Below, piece after piece: positions 26,401 through 39,431 of a stretch of DNA of 64,000 nucleotides. Source of the stretch: Mobula hypostoma (Eukaryota); NCBI RefSeq assembly GCF_963921235.1, contig NC_086097.1, forward strand, positions 35,156,001 to 35,220,000, read 5' to 3'. The notes under the pieces were generated by a model. That model was not told where the DNA came from. It searched no databases and saw only the letters and a program-made list of their open reading frames with translations. Each line of letters starts with the position of its first letter. Position 1 is the first letter of the stretch. The position numbers and the translations under genes were made by a program.

Positions 26401-27760
26401 GCAAAGGGGGATGAATACTTTTGAAAAGCTGACATTTCAGAATTTGAATTTTCAGTTTTTCATGTTTTACAATTTTCCCTGTATTGTGGGCTCTACTGCG
26501 AAAAAATATTCTCAGTTAAATTGATCAAAATCCATGGTTGTAATACTCATTTGTGTGAACCAGGGGTTGAGGGCTAAATACTTTTACAAAACACGGTACA
26601 TCAGGATTGTCTTTATCAACTACAGCTCAGCATTCAATACCATCATCCCTCAAAACTAATCAATATGCTTTAAGACCTTTGCCTCAATACAATTGAATCC
26701 CCAATGTCCTCACTTGCAGCCTCCTGTCAGTTCAGATTGGCCACAACATCTCCTCCACAATCTTTCAGCACAGGTGCACCACAAGGCTGTGTGCTTAGCT
26801 CCTGCTCTACTCACTTTGCGCTTGTGACTGTGAGGCTAGGCTCATCTCCAATACCATATTTAAGTTGGCTGACAACACCACAGTCACTAGCCGAATCAAA
26901 GGTGGTGATGAATCCCCGTATTGGAAGGAGACTGAACATCTGGCTCAGTAGTGCCACAACAACAACCTCTTACAGAACGTCGGCAAGACCGAGAAGCTGA
27001 TATCGTATTCAGGAGGAGGAAGCTGGAGGTTCATGAGTCAGTCCTCATTGGGGAATTAGAGGTGGAGAGGGTCAGCAACTTTAAATTCCTCGATGTCCTC
27101 ATTTCAGAGGATCTGTCCTGGGCCCAACACGTAGTGCCGTTTTGAAGAAAGGACAGCTGCTTCTCTAGTTCCTTAGAAGTTTGTGAAGATTCGGCATGAC
27201 ATCTAAAACTTTGACAAACTCTTATAGATGTGTGGTGGAGAGTATATTGGCTTGTTGCATCATGGCCTAGTATGGAAGCAAAAATGCCATTGAACAGAAG
27301 ATCCTACAAAAAGTGGTGGATACAGTGCAGTCCATCATGGGTAAAGCTCTCAACACCATTGAGAACAACTGCCATCCAGGTCACCCACCATCCAGGTCAT
27401 GCTGTCTTCAGGAAGAAGGTACAGGGGCCTCAAGACAGGTTCAAGAACAGTTATTACTCTTCAGCCATCAGGCTTTTAAACCAGAGGGGATAACTTCACT
27501 TGCTCCTTCACTGGACTGTTTGCAAAACCTATGGGCTCCCTTTCAAGACTCTTCACCTCATGTTCTCAATATTTATTATTTTTTTTTTCTTTTTGTCTTT
27601 TGCATGCTGGTTGTGTGATTATCCAGCTAAGTGTGGTGTTTCATGGATTCCACTGTGTTTCTTAGATTTACTGTGTTTGCCCACAAGAAAATAAATCTCA
27701 GAGTTGTATATGGTGGCATATTCATATATACTTTGCGAGTAAATTTACTTTGAACTTTGA
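23446..27760 (+). mobile_element. Decayed Rex1/Babar-type LINE covering most of ORF2 (endonuclease + RT), split by a Tc1 element
   Basis: LPSILLANVQ start, FPNQKLWMN, GAPQGCVLS, RFKNSYYSSAIRLLN, tttgaactttga tail. Confidence 0.85.
25060..26596 (+). mobile_element. Tc1-family DNA transposon (IR/DR type), decayed transposase
   Basis: TA duplication at 25058-59 and 26597-98 (host reads gcaTAcatcagg); terminal and internal aaaagtattcaaccc-like repeats; WSDE..ELFG and [10 protein letters not shown] motifs. Confidence 0.9.
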
Positions 27761-28867
27761 AATAATGCATTTAAATGGAATACAGAACAAATTAGAAAAG
27801 TAACAGTACTACTATAGTGCTATACAACTGTAGTTTTCAATATGGTGCATTTTTCAAACTGTAGTTTAACAGTTATTGATGGAGGTACACTGTTGTGTTC
27901 TTTTGATTGACTGTAATGAATAAAATCAGTGCAGACACCTCATGCAGATAATGGATCGCCTTCTTACAATGCTTTTGATGATTGCATCTCCAAGTTGTCA
28001 TTTTCATTGTAACATTCAAGATGATTGTCGATACTGTCAAATTCTTCGTAGTTCTCAACTTGTTGAAGTAGAGAAATCATTTCATTTTCACTTCTGGCTG
28101 TTTCTGGCTTGAAAGCTCGAAATTGCAGTGAACAAAACAGTTTCAAATCGTCTTGCTGTTGATTTCTCACCAGCTATCAGCGCTTTTTGAACACAAACAC
28201 ACACATAATGGATGTTATTTAAAAACTGTTCACTCTAAGCAAAGTGCAGTGTTTAACAGCCACACAAGTTCACATGACTGTTGCTAGTTAGAAACTTCAG
28301 CAACAGTCTCCCATCCCAATTAAGCAGCATAGTGTCCCAAATAAATGTATGGAAACCCAGCTATTCTCTCAATTAGTTTTTGTTCTTTAAATTTATCCCC
28401 AATAAGCAACTGCCTGATTAACCGATGTCCCAATTAACTGGAGTCCACTGCAATTAGTAATATTGAACTTGATGGTTATTAAATAAAGCATCAGAAATTA
28501 ACATTTAATTTTTCTGAAAGATTGTAAATGGTTCTATTCAAAGGCCCCAACTATTTACATCACCCAGTACCCTTATTGTCCCCTCCTCCCAACCTAACAC
28601 TCTCAACCCACTTTGCTATCACTCTCACCATCCACCAGCTCATTCCATCGATCCACTTCCCAGTAATCCCTCCACTTCCTCCACCAACTCTATTACTAAC
28701 ACCATCCCAGCTAGCAGCGTGCACCTCAACATCTCCACTTTTAAATCCATCCCTCAATCTGTCCATTCCCCATGCTCCTTTTCCTCCCCTTCCCTGAGCC
28801 TCAGACCAAAGCTGTGACTCCATTCCTTCTGTGAGGTCTGTCTCATTCAGAAACTTCACATCATTTA

Positions 28868-28881
28868 GTTGCCATGGTAAC
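28868..28881. promoter_or_regulatory. Candidate RFX X-box
   Basis: GTTGCCATGGTAAC, 13/14 match to the palindrome GTTGCCATGGCAAC, in apparently non-repeat DNA. Confidence 0.35.
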
Positions 28882-29589
28882 TGTGGGGCCAAGGATCAGG
28901 AGCCAATCCCTATGTACTTAAAAGAAAAGTAAGGAGCTAAGTTTATATCTTGAGAGACACCACCAGCATAAATTAAAAGAGCTCAATTTCTCTTGAACCT
29001 CTGCTAAGGATCATTTAGCAATCGCTTTTAGTAGCTGTGTGGATTTATTGATTTTATTTGAGTAGGCTTCTAAAAATAACATGTCAAAAATAAGATAAGT
29101 GATTGGAATCAGCATGGCATTTCTCCTGATGTGAATGTTTTAAAAGGAAAGGCTAAAGTAAACTAGAATGAAAAGGAAGAAAGTAATAACCTTTGGTAAT
29201 TAATTGTATACTTAGTGTACAGTATTCTAGACCTTATTTAATTGCCTCATTAACATTCATTGCTTCTTCTGAAACAATTCAAACATATAGCATATCCCAG
29301 CAATATCTGAGTCCTGGAATTTTTTTCTTTCCCAAGAGAGGATTTAAAAACCTGGGATTTTTTGCTCTAAAGAAATAAATTGGCTTTCTTCATATGACTC
29401 AGTAACTGTGATTCAACAATGCTGTTTTGATGATTTCAGAGTAAGATAATTGATTTTCAAATTAATATGGGGAGTTTAAAAATTGTTATATGCCTAAATG
29501 ATGAAGCCTTAAAGATTTGTTACTGATGGAATGCCTTAGAAGGAGAGAATTAACATTGTCCATGCATTATTATATTTAATTAGCAATTA

Positions 29590-30890
29590 CATCACAGAGT
29601 TGTTCAACATAAAACAGTCCCTTTGGCCTATTATTTCTATGCCAGCCATCATGTCTACTTATACTAATCCCACTTGCCTGCATTAATTCCATATTTCTCT
29701 GTTTTAACAGAATGCCCCGTTTATTTTGCTGATGAAGGCAAGCATGCTATATGCCTCTTTTATTACCCTGTCTACTTGTGCTTTCACTTTCAGGCAGCTA
29801 TGTACCTGTAGTCCAAAGTTTGTCTGTTCAACAACATCCCCTATGTTCGCAGTGTATGTCCTGCCCTAGCTTAACTTCCCAAAGTACATCGTTCCACAAT
29901 CATCAAAGTTAAACTTAATGTATTGTTCCCTTGCCCACTTTCCCAGTTGGTCTACATCCTGTTGTAATCTTAGGCAACCTTCTTCACTGTCCACTATTCC
30001 CCCAGTTTGGCTTAATCTGCAAATTTACTAAGATTGTTATAGCCGGGGGTGGTAACGGGGACAGGCGCCCACTGTCTATTATATGCTCCCAATGGTGTGC
30101 ACCTCAAATTGCCTCCAACAGCCATCCAGCTCCTGGCTTTCACATGTGGCTTAGTTACTAAGCCCGGTGGAACCATTTCTACTGACACCAGAAGGGGCAA
30201 AGGTGGGTTACTGGCCCCTTAAAACCAGTCGCTTTGGGCAGATGGAGTTCATCAGCTGTGGATGACAGCACATCTAGAGGAAGGACAACTCTGATCTCAA
30301 ACCTCCGCTGCCTTGCAGCTATACCCACTCATGGGGAAGGCTTTGGGAATAAAACCCAAGGGAAAAATTCGGAGCTGGAGTCCCTAAGGCAGTCCTACAT
30401 TGAGTTCAATGCTGACTGGCAACTCCTGCAATGCTACTGGTACCAAACTGTATCAGTCTCTGCCATTCCTTTGGCTTCACCAGTTGTGTGGAGAGGGGGA
30501 GCTTGCTACCTACATGGGCAACAGCTTGCTCTCCATATCGTACTGCCCAGGCTTGTGTAGCTAGACAGCTAGGATGCAATATCCATGGTCAACTCTGACC
30601 GATGGAGGCCTCAGCAGCACTAATCACACTACCTATATCCTCACCCAACTTATTATAATATAGATGACAAATAGCAGAAGACTCAGCACTGATCCGTGGA
30701 CACACCATTGGTCACAGGCCTCAAATCTACAAAGCAACCCTCACTAGCACCCACTTCCACCCACCACCATATCAATTGTTTATCCAATATGCTAACTCAC
30801 CCTGGATCCCATGTGTACTAACCTTATGGACCAGCCTACCTTGCTAAAGTCCATGTAGACAAAGTCTAATGCCCTGTCCTTCTAATTCAC
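29590..30890 (-). mobile_element. Old CR1 fragment interrupted by an RTE-like insertion
   Basis: atctgcaaatttactaa resumes as actaatcacactacc; ggacacaccattggtcacagg. Confidence 0.65.
30036..30618 (+). mobile_element. Non-coding RTE 5'-region-like repeat
   Basis: GC-richer insert with tctagaggaaggacaactctg-type motif; flanked by actaa/actaa. Confidence 0.5.
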
Positions 30891-31699
30891 CCACAATACT
30901 ATGTTGGCTACCAAATAGAGTTGCTCATCTACATCATCTATGCATGCGTAAGCTTACCTGTAGCGTCTTTGATAGGATTGCCAAAGTTTGTTTCTCCCAA
31001 ATGCTTACTTTCAACAGTCTTTGAATATTAATCTGTGAAAAGATGCCTTGACGCTGATTCATCGGGTGGTTTGGCTCCATCCCAGGAGCAAGCTGGCAAA
31101 CTGGATGCCCGCATTAGTCACAATGGGCTGTTACAATGCAAAGAGCAATCAAGTGTTTCTTACAGTAATAATCTCAGGTTGCAATGAGAAGAGACACTAG
31201 AACAATGGAGAAAGAATGGTAGATTCAGTCAGACAGAAGTATTAGGTCAGGAAAGAGTAAGAAGGGTCTCCTTCACGTAGGAGTTTGTTATATTAAAGGA
31301 GATTTCTGCTCATGTTGTGATCTGTTATTTGGGATTAGAATCAGAAGAAAAATGTTTACTTACTTTGGCTGACATAGACAAGATTAATGGCATGAACTTG
31401 TAGGATGAAAGTCCTATATATATTTGTTTCCTGGAACAGGGCAAGGACAGGATTTGTTGAGCTTGAAGTGAGTGACTTTCTATGCCATTCTGGATAGAAG
31501 ATAGAAGCATCCACATGGCTCTATGTAGGGGCAAACATATGAAAATGGGAATATCAAAATTGTCTTAGGAAGAATAGTGGTTGAAAGTTTAGTTCTAGGC
31601 TTGCAGGTAGGGTAAGCCAATTGCTGAGAAAGTTGTCTGTGAATGGATTTTTAATCTACTCTGCCTGGTGTGACCATTTAGAAAAAAGGAGCATTCACT

Positions 31700-32490
31700 T
31701 CAGGCCATTCTCTCTTCTTGCTGCTGCCATTGGGAGGGAGGTACAGGAACCTTAGGTCCCACACTACCAGGTTCAGGAACAGTTATTACTCTTCAGCAGA
31801 CAGGCTCCTGAACCAGTGTGAATAACCTCACTCACCTCACCACTGAACTGATTCCATAAACTATGGACTCAGTGTCAAGAATTCTACAATTTGTGTTCTC
31901 TGTATTATTTATTTATGAATTATTATTATTATAAGTAGTATTTACACAGTTTGTTTTCTTTTGCACATTGGTTGTTTGTCAGTCTGTGTGTATAGTTTTT
32001 CATTGATTCTATTGTATTTATTCTACTGTGAGTGCCCGCAAGAAATGTCAGAGCTGGGGAGCAGCCAATACCTGCCAAAAGAACATCTGCAGGCATTCTG
32101 AACTCTGCAAGGGACTGGCAGCTGTTGGTGGACCTCGAACGGCAGCTGAAGTTCCCCAACCATATCGCAGCCACCACCCTGCGACCAGACATTGTCCTAG
32201 TGTCTGAGCCTACTAAGCAAGTGGTGCTGCTGGAGCTGACAGTCCCATGGGAAGATCGCTTGGAAGAGGCCTTTGAAAGGAAGCTCTCCAAGTACACAGG
32301 ACTGGTCAGCAACTGTCAGCAGGCCGGATGGAGAGCGAGGTGTCTCCCAGTGGAGGTTGGATGTAGGGGATTCACAGCCCGTTCCTTAGCCAGAGCATTC
32401 AGCATTTTGGGCATCGAGGGAGAGAGGAAGAGGTATATGGTGACATACAGTATACATACTTTGATAACAAAGTTGCTCCAAGTTTTGAAC
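31700..32490 (+). mobile_element. Rex1/Babar-type 3' tail containing a 388-bp HERO-derived insert (32046-32433)
   Basis: Tail matches 27430-27760 and 52960-53320. Confidence 0.8.
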
Positions 32491-32789
32491 ATTGAGCTTG
32501 CATCTCCATTCTCACCATTACTTTAACCTAATGAAGCACTAGAGGCCAAAGGAAATTTGTCTAAGGATTATACTGAGAGGCTAAGGGAAATCTGATAAAT
32601 TTGTGAAAATCGAAGGGCTTATATACTTGTGCACAAAGTGTGATAGTTATATGTCAAGTCTGGTAACTGGAGATTAAGGCAACACATATTGAGAATGTGG
32701 TTTCAATTTCACCATGGCATTTTGTCAGCTTGCATTCATTTTTGAGTAACTAGGGTGAAACCCCTAGCTTCAGTGGAAAACAGCCGTGC

Positions 32790-35365
32790 TGTGTACATAC
32801 ATCTATTGATGCTCCTGGACACATCTTCAGTGATGTTCCTAGAATCATCGGGTGTTTTGGGTCTTTCAACATCATACAACCGCCTCCAGGTGACCCAGCC
32901 GGGGCTGATCAGACCCCAGCTTGTGTCCAGATGGCTAGCTACTTATGACTCCATGGCTCCCCTCTTTTGAGCCACAGCCATCTTGAGGCCCTCTCTGCCG
33001 CATCAGTGGTACTGTGGTTGGCTCTCCTCTTCCTCTCTCCCTCGTTGCCCAAAATGCTGAATGCTCTGGCTAAGGAATGGGCTGTGAATCCCCTACATCC
33101 AACCTCCACTGGGAGACACCTCGCTCTCCATCCAGCCTGCTGACAGTTGCTGACCAGTCCTGCGTACTTGGAGAGCTTCCTTTCAAAGGCCTCTTCCAAG
33201 CTATCTTCCCATGGGACTGTCAGCTCCAGCAGCACCACTTGCTTAGTAGGCTCAGACACTAGGACAATGTCTGGTCGCAGGGTGGTGGCTGCGATATGGT
33301 TGGGGAACTTCAGCTGCCGTTCGAGGTCCACCAACAGCTGCCAGTTCCTTGCAGAGGTCAGAATGCCTGCAGATGTTCTTTTGGCAGGTATTGGCTGCTC
33401 CCCAGCTCTGACAAAGGCAATGGTCTGCTTAGAGGGTCGGGTCCGCTTCGCCCACTCAACTCCTGCGCTGACGGCTTCAGCGATGGTCTTCAGGACCTGA
33501 TCATGCTTCCATCTGTACCGTCCCTCACCAAGTGCCCTTGCACAGCAGCTGAGGATGTGCTCCAGGGTTCCTCGCTTGGAGCACAGTGGGCACGCAGATG
33601 ACTCTGCCTTGCCCCATGTGTGCAGGTTTGATGGGCTTGGAAGCACATCATACACTGCCTGGATGAGAAATTGGATGCGGTGTGGTTCGGCTTTCCAAAG
33701 ATCAGCCCAGGTCACTTTCCTCTCAACTGCATTCTCCCATCTTGTCCAAGCTCCCTGTTGCTTCATTCCCACCGCCTTGCAGGCTCTCATCTCCTACACT
33801 ACTGCTCTCACCTCCTCCTGAACTAGACGACGCGTTTCCTTCCCTCTGGTGTCCATTTGGGGAGTTGGAAAGGATCCTAGCCCAGCTCGGCCTCGTGTGA
33901 CCATTCCCACCAGCCTCCTGTGACACAGCCTCGCCTCTGCCTCCTGAACAGCTTCCTCTGCCCTCCACTTCCTGCCAGTACTCACTTGGATCCCTGCTCT
34001 AGCCACCTTCGGGTCACTTGAGTCCCTATACTGTAGCACTCCTCAGGCTCTTGTTACCTTGAATTCTTCCCCCAAGGATTTGAAGGGCAGTTGCAGTTTG
34101 TTGTGGTGTCCATAGAGTGCGATGCTGCTCAGGCTCTTTGGCAGCCCCAGCCATCTCCTGAGGTGGTTGCTAACCCTCCTCTCTAAGGTTTCGACTGTCG
34201 AGATTGGAACTGCATAGACGAGGAGGGGCCACAGGATTCTGGGAAGAATGCCATGCTGATACACCCAGGCTTTAAACTTCCCAGGTAGGCCAGACTTGTC
34301 CACAGATTTCAGCCAGCCATCCAACTCGGTTCAGGTCTCCTGAACGGATGTCATGTCCCTTAAAGAGCTGTCAAAAACTTTGCCTAAGCTCTTGACTGGC
34401 TTTTCTGTGATGGTTGGGATGGCTGTGCCTGCGATGCTGAACCGGATCTTGTTCTCCACCTTCCCTTTCCTCAGCACCATCGATCTTGATTTGGCAGGTT
34501 TGAAACGCATCTGGGCCCACTCCACCAGCTTTTCGAGCCCTTGCAGAATCCTCCGGCAGCCTGGGACTGATTCTGTGGTGACTGTGAGGTCGTCCATGAA
34601 TGCCCTGATAGGTGGTTGCTGTTGAGCGGAATTCATTCTGGGCCCTCTGCATTCTGGTTCAGCAGACTTAGTGAGCACGTTCATGGCTAGGGAGAACAGT
34701 GTCACTGAGATAGTGCACCCTGTAATGATGCCAAACTCCACCTTGTGCCAGGTTGATGTAATTGCTCCTGAAGAGACCCTCGTCCTGAAATTGCTGTAAT
34801 AATCAGCGATAAGGTCTCTGATTCTGCGGGGGACGTGATATTTGGTCAGTGTGAGCTGCACCAGCTTGTGCGGAATGGAACCATATGCATTTGCAGGTCG
34901 AGCCACAACACTGACAGGTTGCCCTTGTTCTCTCTGGCCTCCTTGATGAGCTGTGTCACCACACTGGTATGTTCCAGACAGCCCAGCATCCCTGAAATGC
35001 CACCTTCTGGACTGATGTATCAATATAGGTGTTCTGTGCTAGGTAGGTGTACAGCCGGTTGGAAACTGCACTGAAGAAGATCTTCGCCTCGACACACAGC
35101 AAGGAGATGATGCGACACTGATCTATCTGGGTGGCATTTTCCTCCTTTGGGATCCACACCCCTTCAGCCACTCTCCACTGTTCTGGGATCTTCCCCTTTC
35201 TCCAGAAGATTCTCAGGATCTTCCACAGACGCAGCAGGAGTTTGGGGCAGTTCCTGTACACTTTGTACGAGGTGTTGCTTGGTCCTGGAGCCGAGCTTGC
35301 CCTTGCTTTGCGGACGACCTCTCTTACTTCCTTTAGTTGCAGCTCTGAGATGTCGAACTGCACAT
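32790..35365 (-). mobile_element. HERO/NeSL-type (R2 superfamily) non-LTR retrotransposon, 5'-truncated, with several stops and frameshifts
   Basis: RT ANAYGSIPH, GIITGCTIS, AFMDDL; knuckle CPLC..EHILSCC; restriction-like endonuclease RPDIVL..LLELTVPWE..ERKLSKY. Confidence 0.9.
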
Positions 35366-36744
35366 CGCCAATATACACATCGCCAAATCTGGAAGTCCAT
35401 CTTTGTCACCTATATGCTTCTCACAGTAATATTCTCGGGTTGCAATTAGAAGTGAATAGTCCACTGGTGGCTTTCGGGAAAGAGCAGTCATTTGAGTGAG
35501 CATACTCTCTGATGCACCTGAATCAATGAATGAGCATATTATACTCGTCTCCATGCAGACTTGTCATATCATACAGTATGTAAGAGGAAAACTAACCCAT
35601 CGTGGCTGTGCCACATTATGAAACGACTATGTCACCTTGCTTTTTCTCCATCATCCTGCAGTTTTTATGGCTATACAGACTAAATTCAGGAAGGATTTTC
35701 CCAATGGCAGAAGAATTCAGAACCAGGGATGTTAGCCTGAATATACAGGGTAAGCAGCTTTGGTCTGAGTTGAGCAGACATGTATTCATCTACAAATGAG
35801 ACTGTGAAAGCTGAGACCAAATTATTGAACATATTCAAGGAAGTATATATACGTAGCTCTCTTGGCTAAGGATGTCAAGGGCTATGGAGAGCAAGCTGGA
35901 AGAGCAGGCTTGAAGGCACAAGTGGCCCTGTCCTCCTATTTCCTTTATTTCCATGGATGCATTCTGACACCTCCCTGCAAATCCCGCTAAAAATAGAGAT
36001 GTTGAGCATACTGGCATCTTTGGAGTGAAGGTGGAAGGATAAATAGTTCAGTTATGTAAGCCTTGGCCAGGATTTTCTATATTGTTCAGAATTTTCAATT
36101 TTCATTCATCGTTCGGGGGCATTTTGCTCAGAAGTGCTCAAGATGGAAATTAACTTTTTGCTGTAAATAACAAACAAGTCATGTTGCACAGAGCTCAGTT
36201 CAAAGTGAATTTATCATCAAAGTACGTAGATATCACCATATACAACCCTGAGATTCAGTTTCTTGTGGGCATTCACAGTAGAAATACATTAGAATCAATG
36301 AAAATCTACACATAAGCAAAGACAATCAAGAAGACAAACTGTGCAAATACAGAAAAAATGATAGTAATAAATAGATGATAAATAATATTGAGAAAGTGAG
36401 TCCACAGATTGTGGAATCAGTTCAGTGTTGATGTGACTGCATTTATCCATGCTGACGTTTGAGACTGGTGGCGTGGGACTTGAGACTCCTGTACCTCCTT
36501 CTGAATGGCGGCAGCAAGAAGTGAGCTTGGGCTGGATGGTGAGGGTCTTTGATGGTGGAGAAGGTCACAGGACTTGTACAGAAACTTGGCTCGCCAGCTA
36601 GCTCCATTAACAGCCACAGGACTCAGTGGTGAGAAGGCCACCTTTCAAAACAATATGCCTCTAGGGTCTTCATGATTTGGGGTTCAACCAAACAGAAATG
36701 TCATGATGTTCCGATTAAAGAAACCGCAATTTGCGCGAATGCTG

Positions 36745-37360
36745 TGTAAATGCTGCCCAAATGGAACTATTGGTCAGCCAGAAATAAGATTGTACACTGC
36801 ATAAAATTATAAAGAAAGTATATTTACAAACTTTAACTTTATCGAACAGTTAGTAGGGAAAAGAAAAAGAAAATAAAAGGGCCTATTACAGTTAATCCAG
36901 TCCAATGTGGATGAGACCATTGGAGCTCATACTGGAGTCATCTTTTACTCACGTGCTGGACCCGTGGAAGTGCACATCACATTCCGAACTTCCCTCAAAG
37001 TCCAAATCGAACCAACAGGCTCTTTCTCAGGAGTATTGGCCCTTCCTCCTTGGAGCAATTTATCTGCACAAAGCACTTCATGCAGCAGAGACTCTCCTTC
37101 CAATGCCATTCTGTGGCATCTTCCCTTCTGTCCCGCTCCGCAGCTCCTGCCAAAAACCCCCAAACCAGACCATTATCCTTTGGAAAACTCTTCCCCACAA
37201 TCCTGACTGGCTGAATTACATTCCTAAATTGGACAACATTAGTCCTTATCTTAGCTGAAACCAAAACACACTTTCCAGCATGGCACACTGCTTTCACAGA
37301 AATCTGCTAATATAAACTACCTCATCCCATAGCAGTAGAAATCTTAACCAGGGCATTGTA
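36745..37360. mobile_element. Possible solo LTR
   Basis: Imperfect inverted ends tgtaaatgc / gcattgta and LTR-like composition; no TSD identified. Confidence 0.3.
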
Positions 37361-38996
37361 GGCCCTGCTTTCTTGTGGCAGTGTTCAACATGGTTATCTT
37401 AAAAGCAAACACTAGAGAGGATGAAGATTTACCCAAAATATATAGTTATTAATGCAATCAATTGGTGTATACCTTTTCGATGAAGAGAGCTTTTGGAATT
37501 CATCTTAAGAAGAGGACATACTGCCACAGTCAGTGAAATATCACAGCACATAAAAGGAACGAAGAGAGGAAGGGAGAGCTCAGAAGATGCAAACAGGGTA
37601 TTTGTTAAATCTCAGGTTACTGCAGAAGAGCTGACTTTTGAATAAGTGGTTTCAAAACTAGGATCAGATGGATAATCAAATCAACAACTTATAAATAGCA
37701 CCTTTAATACAGCAAAACATCCCAAGCGACTTTACAGTACATATAGCACATAAGATGCGACAACAGGTCACAAAAGGTGGTAATAGGGCTGGGGAGATTG
37801 AAATATGTATCCTACGTATTTGTACGGTCCCTTAACTTGCTTAATAAAGATTGTATCTTATGACATCTGCACATACACATCGTCCTGGTAAATAATACAA
37901 GCATTGTGGGCCTCCTTAAGGTGGAAAGAGAAAAGCAAGGAGAACATTTTGGAATTAAAGGTCAATGCCTCATCCACCATTGAATTGTGGATAGCAACTT
38001 TGGACTTTCAGGGAATGGAAATGACAGGGAGTGGGTGGGTAAGGGGTGCAAATCAGCTGGTCAGAGATGTATCAGGACAGTATATTCAGAAACAGCAGGC
38101 ATGTATGATTTCAAAAGCAAATAAGCTGAGGCAGGGGATGGTGTTGGTTGATGTTATGGTGATGACAATATTTAGTCAACAGTGGGAAAAAAATGGGTTG
38201 AAAAAAATAGGAAGAATTCCATGAGACATTGTTATAATGGCTATTAGCTATGGCTTAATTTGTAGTATTCTTACATCAGTTTAGAGGGTTGGGTGCTCAA
38301 GTCCTGTTCTAGAGACATAAATACAAAAATCTAGGTTGATTTGGGCCGAGTAGTGAAGGAGTACTGCAGCCAGAGCTGTTGAATTTCAAGTGAGGATATA
38401 CGTGTATAAATATTCTCTTTATTTGAAACCTCTTCATTCCAACAATCCCTTCAGCCTACCTATTGTAACAACTCATGAATAAAAATTGGCCATGATGTTG
38501 AAATAATTCCCCTTCTCTTCAAAATTGTGCATGGAATATTACATCACCTGCAAAGACAGACAAAAGCCTAATTTAATATATTCTGGTTATCACTCCTAAA
38601 ACAGATCATCATATTTTTGCTTGCACAAATTGGCAACTCTGTCTCCATAACAACTCAGACCACACTTCAAAATTAATACTTCAGCTGTAAAGAACTTAAG
38701 GTTGTAAAATCTTATCCACATAATTGCAAAACATTTTGGGTTGCTCCAAAGAGCACCACTTTAACATGGAAGAAATAATAGAAAACAAACAGAAAGTCGT
38801 GGGAACAGTTGTACTGCGTGCTGGAAGATGCTATTCTGATAGAGTAAGCTAGGAGGAGTGTTCGGACTTTTCATCTGAAAATTTATGTTTGAAGATCCTA
38901 CAGAAGCCCATCACCATCCAGGATAAAGCATCCTGTTTAATTGGCGCCCTTTGTACTTCCCTAATCATTAATTCTCTCTGCAACACACACAAAACG

Positions 38997-39341
38997 TTGA
39001 AAGGACTAGATAGGGTGGATGTGGAGAGCATGCTTCCTATGGTGCGGGTATCCAGAACCAGAGGCCATAGCCTCAAAATTGAGGGGCGACCTTTGAGAAC
39101 AGAGGTAAGGAGGAATTCTTTTAGCCAGAGAGTAGTGTATCTGTGGAATGCCCTACCGCAGACTGTAGGGTATATTTAAGGTGGAAGTTGATTGTTTCCC
39201 GATTGGTCAGGGCTTCAAGGAATATGGTGAGAAGGCTGGTGTATGGGGTTGAGTGGGATCTGGGATAAGCCATGATGGAATGGCGGAGCAGACTCGATGG
39301 GCTGAATGGCCTAATTCTGCTCCTATGTCTTATGGTCTTAT
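38997..39341 (+). mobile_element. CR1 3' fragment inserted in a minus-strand Penelope tail (38978-38996 + 39342-39455)
   Basis: LKGLDRVD..FSQRVVYLWNALP; flanks aaaacg / aaaatg. Confidence 0.85.
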
Positions 39342-39393
39342 AAAATGTAGGAGAAACTCAGCAGGTCAGGCAGCATCTGTGGAAATGAATAGC

Positions 39394-39431
39394 TAGTCGA
39401 CATTTCGGGCCGAGACCCGTCTTCAGGACTG
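39394..39431 (-). ncRNA. Minimal hammerhead ribozyme motif in a Penelope tail
   Basis: CAGUC-CUGAAGA-CGGGUCUCGGCCC-GAAA-UG-UC^GACUA. Confidence 0.65.

Larger units (their letters stand above)
23316..28450. mobile_element. Tigger/pogo-like DNA transposon remnant (23316-23445 + 27761-28450), split by nested insertions
   Basis: About 23-bp TIRs caatggattctggttaattggga / tcccaattaactggagtccactg; TA on the left flank. Confidence 0.7.
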
